From Laetmonice hystrix (lineage: Eukaryota), in NCBI GenBank assembly GCA_965235115.1, contig OZ249436.1, positions 23,252,001 to 23,316,000 on the forward strand: DNA of 64,000 nucleotides, given 5' to 3'. The notes beneath the pieces were generated by a model, which was not told the origin of the DNA, ran no database searches, and saw only the letters and a list, made by a program, of their open reading frames with translations. Both the position numbers and the translations under genes were made by a program. Position 1 is the stretch's first letter, and every line of letters begins with the position of its first letter. Below, piece by piece: positions 26,301-38,300 of the stretch.

Positions 26301-29300
26301 GACATGCGTATGGCGCGATGTACGTGGACGTACAGACAGACGGACGGAGGTCAAAGGTCAAGGGCTAAAAATAGATGACTGCGCACAGTGTCACATACTA
26401 TGTCCATTGACAGCGATTAATCAAAAGTGTATGGGTCGATTTCTTTGAAACTTCACACAATGATCAGGGATGATCTGAGGATGGTGCACGTCAAACAGAT
26501 TTTTGATATTCTTCAAAATGGCCGCTTGGCGGCCATCTTGGATGTAAACACAAATTCCTTTTTAGTAAACTTAACCACATTGCGATGGTCAGAAAAGGGT
26601 TAATACAGCTGAACACCACTATAATCTTTATGTGACAGTTAGTAGACATACAGGGCTGCCTGATAAAAAATATTTCATTCAAATCTGATGAGGGCGCATC
26701 GAGAAATGTGACCCCCAAAATCACCGAATTTTGCGTTTTGACTGACTTGAACGCCACCTATACTCTCGCGCCTTTATTATCCCACATTAATTTCAAGTGG
26801 CATAGTATTGGGCTTGCTAATGGAATCATATCATGCATACACTATCTTGGGATGTTGAGGGCGCAGTCCAGAAATGCCTTAAATATAAGCGTGAATTCAG
26901 CAAAAAGTAGCGTTTTGCAGCGCCCCTATAGGTGGCGCCCTCAACTGCCCACCAAAACTTTGCAATTTTCCGGAACTCCTTCCATTGTAGATTGACATCA
27001 ATCAAAATGAAGCTGGGCAATCATTGGCGCATTGAGATATTTCAATTTTAAAAGCTAATTTTGTAAGAAGTCAAGTTTTGGCCCTCAAAAAACTGACCCT
27101 TCTAGAGGCCCTAGAAAAAAAACCGTTGGGTTTAGGGATCTAGAAATTGAGGATTTTTCTATCTACCAATAGGCCTTCCACCTTTCAGGCAAATCTGAGG
27201 GGGTCATATATCACCCTCCAATGGTAATCCGCCTGAATCTTAAAAAAATCGACTCTTAAGTTTTTTCCTGATATCCGACACTGATATAATAATTTTTAAA
27301 TTTTCAATAAATCTTACATGCTAGCTGGAAACACTACATGGTATTTATCAGTGGTGCAGTACCTTCCTCATTCATATGCATCACAAAGCTCCACCGCCAA
27401 TTGCCGATCAATTCTATACCGTCTTAGAAACTGATGGTCCGGGAAGTGGCCGATTGGTTCCAGACGCGGGTGGTATATTTTCAGCGCCTTATCTCTTCTC
27501 ACTTCTACCACGTGCCCTCCCCCCGCCCCCTGGGGGTTCGCCAGTTACCACATTAATACCGTCGCACGATTCCTGTAGTTAGTCGTACGATTTCTTTTTG
27601 AAACAGAAAGTAACTACAGTAAACCCATCGGTAGTTGTTTCTATCGTGCGACCCTACAGTAATATTATGAAACACGACAGCATCGTGCGACACTGTAGTT
27701 AGTCGTGCGACTAACGACACCGGTTTATGAAACACCCCCTATATCAATTTGGGGTATTCTCCCTATTATGCAACCCTATCCCCTGGGGTGTCGCAAGTTA
27801 CCACAGTATTTCTGTCACCCAATTTCTGTAGTTAGGCCTAATCATCCCATTTTATTAAATGAAACATCAGGTAACTACAAGAACCCCATCGGTAGTTGCT
27901 CCGATCGTGCGACACTATAGGTCTATATCTAATTTAATGAAACACGACAGCATCATGGGACACTAGTTAGTCGTGCGACTAACTACACCGATGATTGCAC
28001 GCGAAAAAGTCAGGTTACACAGGATGAAAAAGGTTGAGACGGTGGGTCAGACAGTGGCGCATGGCCGTCAGACCAAAGGTGACTGGTGTGATGATCGGAG
28101 GTGTTGGTCAGTCAGGCAGCCACCAGATGAGACACCGTATCAAAGACGGAGCTCCAACCGTTCAGCGTGGAGCCGGACACCTGTATGCCTAGAGCTGCGC
28201 ACGCGCATGCCTGCAGTGAACAACTGAGACGTAAAGGGCGTTCTCACTAATATGAAATCAATTCTCGCGAGATAGGTGATTAAGTGATCCCCCGCACCCC
28301 GGGGGGGGGGGGGGGATCCACGTTCGCAGCGCCATCTAGGTCGAGCGATAATAGAGAACCAAAACATTCCGACTAGGAGACTCAAAGTGAGATCGAGTGC
28401 GTTGACAAAAATGCTGTCTGCACGTTAAAACTTAGCCTAATCAATTTGTCAAATTCGGGTTGGAGTCGCTTACACAGTAGTACACATGTATCTTATTTCT
28501 AATTATATCAGATTTGGGAGATTTTGTGCTCTATAAATAGGCCTATAAATTTAACTAATTCTTCGGACGTTTCGGATATACAAAATCGATCACCGATGTT
28601 GTTCAGACTGCCGTCACAGCTGTTGATGGTTTTGACTGCGGTCGTGACCGAGGCTCACTGAGCATAGTTCGAAGCGAGGTTCTGGATCTCACCAACCGGT
28701 CAAGAAGGCCACAGAGCCACTGAACGATTAATCGTGTGTTATATAATGGTATCCATGCACTATTAAGTATTATTATACTGACTTTGCATGATCGGCCCGT
28801 GGGACACAGGGTGCTTAATAAAATTAAGCCGGGGCCAAGTGCTAACTAGTCACCCTGATTGCATGTAATCATTCATCCTATTTTCCGTTGTCAATCAGTG
28901 AAACAGGCCTAGGAAACATTACAGATATGAAGAACTATATCTTTATGATGTATTTGATGCAAATTATGGTGAAATTTCTGATGATTATCTCGATTATGAC
29001 GTATTCTATTATTTAAAACCTAATAACATAATAGGTAGCTAATGTCAAACATTCAGAAACTTTCAAAATAGAAGGTACATGCCATCATCTTGAGTGTTGT
29101 TCAAATTACAATGTATATCCAATTTAAAATCGTTTAAGACGTCACAATTCTGTGACATGACGTCCCATATTATGTCCTTCATGTCTATGACTGATTTCTG
29201 GTAAACTGGCCACAGAGCCATTCTTTTAGGTCATATGAAAAAAAACATAATATAGCTCAATATATTTTCTAGCCGTCAAAATTTTCATTTTGACATTTAC

Positions 29301-32300
29301 AATACAAAAAATATCAAATAAAAATACCTGTAAAAATACCTTAGTGGGAACCCATGATACCCAGCCTAACAGTCGGATATGTTGCCCACTCAGCTATTGA
29401 TACACACAGCTAAAGAGGTACTAAGGTCCTATCCTATCTAGAAAAGGTGGATGATGTCATGACGCGAAAAAGTGATGTTACAGGAGAAAATTTGTCATAA
29501 ATTTGGCCTGTCATCCCGCCCTCTTTAAGCACAACATGTGTCATCAAGATCTGTTGAAAACTGCAAGAGATATGACCAATTTCTGGTAAACTGGCCAAAT
29601 AACCAAACTTTGATGTCACGGGACTCCCTCATAATATGTCGTATCGCAAAATCCTTCTGAAACGCTCTGTAGGAAACCTGTTTGTAAAGTTAGACTGAAC
29701 TTCTATGACATTTACTTCAAATTTTACATTTTATGCAAATGCATAATATATGACCCCGCCTTATAGAAGGTCAAAGGTCATACTTAAAATTTTTATGAAA
29801 ATCTGTTGATGTCCTATCTCTTAGTAATTTCTACAAAAATAATTACCTTACATTCACTTGTTAATCGATATCTTGTTTTTTAACGTTTTTAATACGTCAT
29901 AAAATGCTGACATGACGTTACTTGACCAATTGCTTCATATGAAAGCTTCCTCATGCCATGTTGCACCTTCTGTTCAAGTTTCATCAAAATATTTTTAAAA
30001 CTGACCGAGATACGAGCATTGTCTAACTACAAGGTGTCCCAGAAAAAAACCTAATCCTGTGGAAAAGGGTTAATATGATCAACTCGTGAGACGTATACCA
30101 CTATAATAATGGGTTTCCCATAAAATAGGAGCAATATGCTTTCCATTGATACCTTCATGGTATTCCTCCAGTCATGCATCATACAACATTATTGTTTTGA
30201 ATGGTTGATAATCAAGACTGCGCGTGTCGAGGCTATTTTTGCTCATTTACATATCTAGGACACGAGACTTGCACTCCCGCGACAAATAACGCCCCGAAAA
30301 ATGACTCCTGCGGCAAATGACTCCTGCGACAATTAACTACCATGCACGACAAAATGACTCTGAACAACTTATTGACTATACGTAATACTGCGCAACTCTA
30401 ACTTAGTGCGAGGACATAGGCCTATATCATAAGATAAATGCTCACAAGACTGATGCCCACAAGACAAATTCTCACAAGACATTGTGCGCTGACAGCACTA
30501 TTGAAAAAAGAGACATTTGCTCACAATTTTGTTATAATCTTTATTATTTATTGAAATAACCCTAACCTTATACACATATCACGCCAAAGAAAAGCCCCCA
30601 CCGACGGACCTCCACTTGGATGGAGGCACAAGAAGTAGCATTTTACTTCTTACGTCAACGCTACGTCAGGTTTTAGGCAAAAATGTATGCCCCCCCACAC
30701 ACACACACCCGCCCCCACGTGTAGGCCTGGGTATTCTCTAAAGTATTTATGTTACAAATTAACACAATCGCTGGTCAGTCATCTGTGACTCATATCCTTC
30801 TTACGGCCTGTTTTATTCTATGTCGGGGCTTTATTTGATGTGATAATGTGTTTACTCTTATTACAACTGTTTTATTATGGTTTATAAATAAACACGCTTC
30901 TTATCTTCATATAAAGTTTGGTAGTACTATACAACATGCAATATGCATTAAAGCGATCACTGACTATATGTCATATAAATGCCCAAATGAAGACATGGGC
31001 TGTTAGGTTAGATAAGGCCTTAGACTACATAAATCAATAAATGTTTACCCACAGAAATGAAGAAATCTAATAAAATTCGACATTCCAGTTGCCTGTTGTC
31101 GCCATGAAGCGAACGTCTCATGGCTAGTTGTTGACAAGGCATTGACTTGAACAGCCAATGAAATTCTTCGGTTGATCGCCCGAGATTAAATGAGAGCTAT
31201 TCGGTGTTTGCTTTAACCTTATTCCAAATACAACTTCTCTGTAATAAGGTTATTACAGTGCCCTTTATATTATGCCTTTTAAAGTAAGGGGTTAACCTCT
31301 TTGCCCCCTCCCTGTATCAGCCATTGTTGATCTTCAAAACTGACCTGAAATACATATAGACCTATCTGATATTAAGATCGTGTAGCGTGTAATCAGTGTT
31401 AGACACAAAAGCTAAGGGCCCACCTTCTTTGTTCATTCCCATCTGGAGACATTTCTTCAGTCGGCACGCCTGACATTGGTTGCGGTGAGCCTTGTCGACG
31501 GTACACATGCCGGTCCCTGCCTGGCACCTGACGGGGCAGACACAACACAGGCTGCTTTTACCGGAACACGGTATACGGGAAGCAGAATGCGGAGTGCGGA
31601 ATGCAGCATAGGGAGGGCGTTACAAATAATAAGGGTGGGTTACCTGAGGTCAGAATTGATATTGGGGCATAACGAAGCCAAACAACATGACTTAATCAAA
31701 TTACGCACCTGTAGATGAGTTTGCGGCGAACGCTACGTTTGAAAAACCCGCTGCAGCCATTACAAGCAAGGATGCCGTAATGTTTCCCTGACGACGTGTC
31801 CCCGCAGACGACACAAGTCAGCATTCCGGGTGATTGACGTTTGATGGGCCCGCCCCCCGCATGGCAGCCGTTGGCGCCCCCTAGTGGACTGTCCTCGGAT
31901 GGGTAGGGAGTACCGAGGGGCGGAGGCTGAGGGGTGACGATGGCGGACACGGTAGTGGAGGGGGGCGGGGGACTCCGAGATCCCGGGTTGCAATCGGCGC
32001 AAGGGTTTGGCGACGGCGCTGGCGAGCTGTCTGGGGTCACCGAGGTGGAACCTGTGCGAAACAAGTGGGCGGCGTTAAGAATTGTTATAGCACAATATGT
32101 GGGCTCTGTCTTTTTGGAAAGAATAATTACATTTTTTCGCTGGTAATATAGCTAGATTGGTGGAATAACAGAGATAGAGCAGATTGTATTTTCAATATCT
32201 ATAGGGGCCTAAGCTATACTTGAAATGAGTGTTATAATTTGTTACGCAATAATGTGCATGTTAGCTTAGTAGATACTTTTAATGTACATGTACTGTATAT

Positions 32301-35300
32301 ACAGTTTGTTTTGTGTCAAAATGTTAAGTTTTCTTTTACGTTTGTATAAGTTTAGCGCGTTGTGTGTGTGTGTGTTATTGTCATTCACATCTCTCCCAAG
32401 AATGTATTTTATTATATAGTGGTCATATGGTTAAATGATGCACTTATTTACCTATACTTACTTATTTAAATTATATATGACGTTAGGCATGCATTCTTTA
32501 TGCATTCGGATTAGTACAAGCTTTTAGAATTGCACTCGTGCCTTCTCACAGCATAATATGATCTAGCTGCACATCAGTTGCCAAGTGCTAATAAAATGTT
32601 CTGGTCAGGAAAATCCTAATGAAAAGCACGAACCTACACAATCGAAGCCAGCAATATTAGAAAAAGGAAGAAGCTGAGGGTCAATTCCCTCTCAAAAACA
32701 CGATAAATATTATAATAACGATAGTTTATTCAATATTGGTATAAACTCGAATATTATATATTGTAATTACATTAATAGGAAATTTATCTTTATTTAGCCC
32801 TATGTATTCATTTATTCTATCACCATCTTATTTCGCGCTCTCACTTTATTTAAGAATATTTTTTGCAAATAAAGTATATTTTCTAATGTGATTAAAAGTA
32901 TCACTTTGTGTTTACATGTGAATAACACCCTTGACGTATTAATACTTGCGTGTAACTGGGTGTGTGTTAAAATTTCGCTATTTCAAAACACGGCAATATA
33001 TCAGTTCGTCTATCTGTTCACATGAATAATTAATTTAACAAATTTACATAGCAAGTATTACTTATCCAAATATTCCCTTGCATCACCTTCTGAGGTCATT
33101 TAAAAGTACATTTACCTATGTCAATTTACACCAGGCGTATTTTAACTCATGATTATAGTATATTTACCCTATAACAGGGGCGCTGCTGCCGGGGGGGGGG
33201 GGGCGGACATACCCCTCTCAACTTTTGGTGGTGGCATACACGTTCAAAGGCCCCTGGAAATTAGGCCTACCTAGATCGGGGAGGGGGAGATCAAACACAT
33301 CTGGACCCCCACCCCACTTTGAAATAGTCAGCGGCGCCCCTGTATATAAGTAAAATACTTACGCGTATGTATATATTATAACAATAAATTTGAACATGAA
33401 TTGGCCTTAATTCCACACTACATATACATGTTGTACATGTACTTACCGCTCCGACTCAAGTCCATTGGTCCGTTGTTGTTGCAGTGTTTCCGTAGATTAT
33501 CTATGTCCTTACTAGTCAGATCGAAGGCGCTCACCACGGCTCTGTCTACAGCATAGCGGACGTGGTCCGGCAAAACCTCTACAAAATAAAAATAAAAATC
33601 AATAGTCTTAGCAGTCATTTAGTTATAGTGGCTCGTAGTCTATAGGGCCACGACTTTATTTTATTGGCATTTTTGTTTTATTTTGAGGGCACGGAAGTTA
33701 GACGTTTTACCACACGGACAATTCCGTTAATTTCCGAATGTTCTAGCTCGTTCCATCATGAAACTTGATCTATGTATGGCAGCTTAACGTCACACCTCAT
33801 TAAATTTGGACCTGCATCTCTCCAGCTGCAACACTGACCTGGTTTGGATGTTTAAATGACGGAATCCGTTCATGATGACTTGTATATTTGCGTATACTAT
33901 TCACACCTATTCTGAAAATCAGTTTCATATTTTAACTCAAAATTGGAATAGATCTAAGGCCAAAATCGCAAGGTCGTCCGAAGGCAAATTGCCCTTATGG
34001 ATCAGGCCGTTGGATTGACTGTGAACCGCCGGCCAACGCCTGGCACCGGGAGCCTGGTACCGGGAGCCGGGAGCCGGGAGCCGGGAGCCGGGAGCCGGGA
34101 GCCGGGAGCCGGGAGCCGGGAGCCGGGAGCCGGGAGCCGGGAGCCGGGAGCCGGGAGCCGGGAGCCGGGAGCCGGGAGCCGGGGGCCGGGTCTGGGGGCC
34201 GGGAGCCGGGGGCCAGGAGCAAGGTGCCGGACGCCGGGGGTCGGGAGTGTCGACCGGGACGCACACCGGCTCTGGGGGTAGCATCGATAACGCAGAAGGA
34301 TAGACCGACCGGGGCGCCGGCGTTAAGTTGGTCGCTCCGTCAAACGTCACGCACCACTCTGAACGTCCACAAAAGCCGACGGCATTTGGACCGTGCTCCA
34401 CGCAATTGTGTATGGGCAGGGATGCTGCCGACTAATCCTACAGACCAACACGACGCTGTGCTGGCAGTAGGGTGGGTGGCTGGGTCAATATTTCTGTAGC
34501 AATCCGAAAGACCCCCGGGTTGTAGCCTCCATTCATTCCGATCAAGCGCTCAAACACAAACTGATGGTTGACGCGGTGACCAAGGTTTGCTAGATCAACA
34601 CGAATGGCGATGATACACCATAGACATTGCCTGATTGGCGGGCCCTCAACGTGACAAACATCAGCAGCCGTTCTCGGCGGATGTCGCGAATGAATGGCAA
34701 CATTCTCCATTCTCCATCGCCCGCATTGTCATTAATTGAAACCATCATACATCTAGTAAACTATCTCGTTTCGCAGATGGAATTGATAGCGTTTACTCAA
34801 TTCTTTGATTCGTAATTAACCTCGGATAGAAGCGACGCTACCGTTTGTTTTACGTGACACTCTGCATGGGAAGTGCTGCCGCAACCCAGCATGCCCGTCT
34901 CGCCTTAATCCCCTGTTCTCACCGCGTGTATCGTCTCTATCTCCGTGTCGTTTCTAACATCGTAGATTGTAGGAAATCGTGGCCAGCCGGCCAGCCGGCC
35001 GACTTTGCTATGGTTGGCCGTGGTGGACAAAAATCAAGAATGCTTCTCACCGAAAACATAAAATCATGTATTCGTGATTTTATATTTTACGGCCAATCAT
35101 AACGGTGAAATACGTAAATGGAGCGGCCGGCCGGGCCGGTGGATAATTAGGCCTGTGGTGAGCGTGCTGAGAACGATGTGCATGGCTTATAGGTCAGAGA
35201 GAAAATAGGTGCCTGATATATGGATCTATACACGGGTGGCGGAGAGTGTATGCAGAGTATACAGCACGGTTGGACCACGAGGTATAAAACCTCAGTCTTT

Positions 35301-38300
35301 TTGTCCTTGTCAGTTGACAAAATCTGAACACGTATTATAAGAGGGAACTTTCTATCGCAGTACTGAGGAACTATAGCCGAACTACTCAATAAAGGGCCGA
35401 AATTACAGCACAACATAACATCATTAGTTGCTTGAAAAGCATATCAGAGTCCCTGGAACTACTCAGATTACAAATTAATTCTACTCAACAGGGCACGGAA
35501 CTTATGAGTTGACGTAATGTCGTCTTCGCCACAGAAAAAATAATAAGAGATACGTGTTTTACCTTTCCATCGGAGTACCTTTTGATACGAAGCAGATAAT
35601 TCCGTTTGCTTATGGCTTATGTACCATTTCCCTACCACTGTAAAAACCACACGTGGACGGGGTGAACGCCCGCTGTCTCGCCGGCCAATCGCCTGGCCGG
35701 CCGGCCAGCTAGCCTCCCGCCAGCTTGCAACACGCAATGCACACTGGCTGTCCGTAATGCCTGAATGCTGGCGCCGCATCTTTAATCCTCTTGTAATTTG
35801 AATATCACGAGTTGCCGCAATGATTTTATTATCTGTGCACATGATTTCCTTGCCAAGTTTGCTCTTATTATGTCATCCAGACAATTCCATCAGTGATGTA
35901 TGTTTCACAATTTCACTCCATGGGCGTTAATGACATTTACCTCGTCGCTTCGGCCTTGGGTGCTTTTCATTTCTCGTGCATGGTGAGGGGAACAATGCTC
36001 AGCGGGGGCATTAACACGCTTGTTCACACATCACTTTACATTAAGGCCGGCATCATTTAATAGGCGGGGCGCAATCAAATTTGAAACGTTAAGGAATTTG
36101 ATTATTTCTGGCAACGCCGTGCTAAATGCCACTATACCAGAATGCGAATCACAATCGACAACCTGCAAATCATATTCATGAAAATATTAATCAAACACTT
36201 GAGAAAGCGTTGTGGCGTTTTCCCTACAATTCAAAAACGAATTATTCATAATTGAGCAGTAATGAATAATGACACTGCTGGGACATTTGTAAAGGGGTTG
36301 AGCAGACAGTCATGCAGGACCTGGCAATCCTCGATCTCCAATGCCAGCTTGGACTTACCAAGAAGATACTGTACACCAACGATGACTCTGCATGGATTCT
36401 TCCTGTCATCTTAATATTACTTTGTTCTAAAACCTATATTTAGAAAGTAAATAGAGACTAGTCATCGATTTTCACTGTAATCTGAAATGATTTTGTCTAT
36501 ATAACCGAAAGAAAAGTGTAATATATACCTATACATTGTACATGTATTTGCCTTTTTCAAACCTTTTGAAATATTATGGATTGAAATACATGTATTTCGC
36601 AGTGGTGAACGGTGGGAACGGTAATTTTAGAGCGCCGCCGTCAGGGACCCGAATAGCAGCACAAATCTGGCGATTAGATATCCCCGAGCTCATGCATCTT
36701 TTCTGTTTTTCTTTTTGTTTGTTTGTTTGTTTGTTTGTTTTGCTCTCTATGTTTTAATTAGTATGGTTTAAGTCCTTTGAAATAAATCTCCGATATAATC
36801 TAATTTCCAACGTTCACACATCTGACGGTCGCCGTTCACTCTATAGGCTGCGGGGGGGGGGGGGGGGGCATCTGCCTCTGCCTCCTTGCTACGATATTTG
36901 GCAAGGAGTAGGCCTATCCTCTGCATTCTGCAGTGCCACCCCATGAAGAATTATATGCACCTTAGAGCAGGGGTGTTCAACCTGGGAGTACGCGTACCCC
37001 CAGGTATACTTGGAGAAGTAGGAGTGGACGGTGGTCAGCAGAACCAATAGGTGACGTTCGTTTCAGTATAGACAGTCCTATACACATAGTGGCGAGGAGC
37101 GCGCGTCGCCGGCACTGACCAATATTGTGCAATAGTGTGTTGTATTTGCGAAAAGAATATTTTCTGTGCCTGGGGGTACGCATTATGCATACTCCATGGG
37201 TACAAAAAAGTACGCTGATGAAAAAAGGCTGAACTTTTATTCAAAGGTTGGTGAAAAACGGTTGAACCTTTTTTCAAAAGGAAAAATCCGTATCCGTATC
37301 CGTGTCCGTATCCGGACCTGTGGACACGCACATTAAAAACAACGACGTGCGATATGAGCCGTACTCGTGCCCGGACCGCAGCCGGGCGTCCACAGGTCCG
37401 GATACGGACACGGATACGGATACGGGTACGGGTGCGGACACGTTTAGTCTGTGTCCACTTATAGGTTTGTAGGTTTTTCACAACATGGCAGCCAACAATA
37501 GATTGGTAACACTGCTTAACTATCAGGAATGCAACCTTGCAATTATTGCCAGGACTTACATGCTGGTAAAGAAATAAAAAAAACAAAAACAAAGGGAAAA
37601 CATCGCTGGTGGGTCCACAATATTGTCAAGACACTAGTTGCGAATCCTTGTGATCTCCCATTGTCGGGTCATACAGGCAAGGATTTCTTCTCACAATTTC
37701 AATGAGTTTCTCTATCGTTTCCTTGTCGACTTTACCGCCGTGGTTGGTTGCCATTTTGCTGCTTTCTCCAACACGTAACTGAGGGGTTTCCCAAAATGAC
37801 GTCATATCAAAGGAATTAAGCGGTGTTTCCATTAACGCGGCTGCGGCCCGGCTGCGGTGCGGGCACGGGTACGGCTGATAAGACACGTCGTTGTTTTTAA
37901 AGGTGCGTCCCGGCTGCGTCTCAATGTTGTTGGTATAAGGTCATAGGCCATACACCTGCCGAATCGAGAAGTTTTTCGATAAGTTTTTCGATATCTTCCT
38001 TGCTGACTACGTGAGGCATGGTATCATCCATTTTCTGAGTGAAGAACACGCACGGGACCACCTAGGACCAAGGGGATCCCTCATGCGGCTCATCTGCGGC
38101 TGTGCTCGAATCGCTACATGATGCGATCGGGAAGAGCCGCATGCGATGTCCGGACGGGCGCCGTACGGACATCGCATTAATGGACCGCAGCCGGGCCGCT
38201 ATTCGAGCACAGCCGCAGATGAGCCGCATCAGGGATCCCCTTGATCTTAGGGGGTTCCCACCAATTTCGCGCGTGTTCTTCACTCAAAAAATGGATGACA

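Noticed and set aside
25979..26757. Two near-identical ORFs on opposite strands
   Set aside because: Produced by the inverted repeat arms; no recognisable domain.
31709..31820. Alternative identity as TLX/NR2E1, dissatisfaction or FAX-1
   Set aside because: P-box CNGCSG, the [13 protein letters not shown] spacing and the hinge motifs fit NR2E3/HR51; TLX and DSF have CDGCSG/CDGCSC-type P-boxes.
33937..34401. APGSRLP-repeat ORFs
   Set aside because: Translation artefacts of (GGGAGCC)n.
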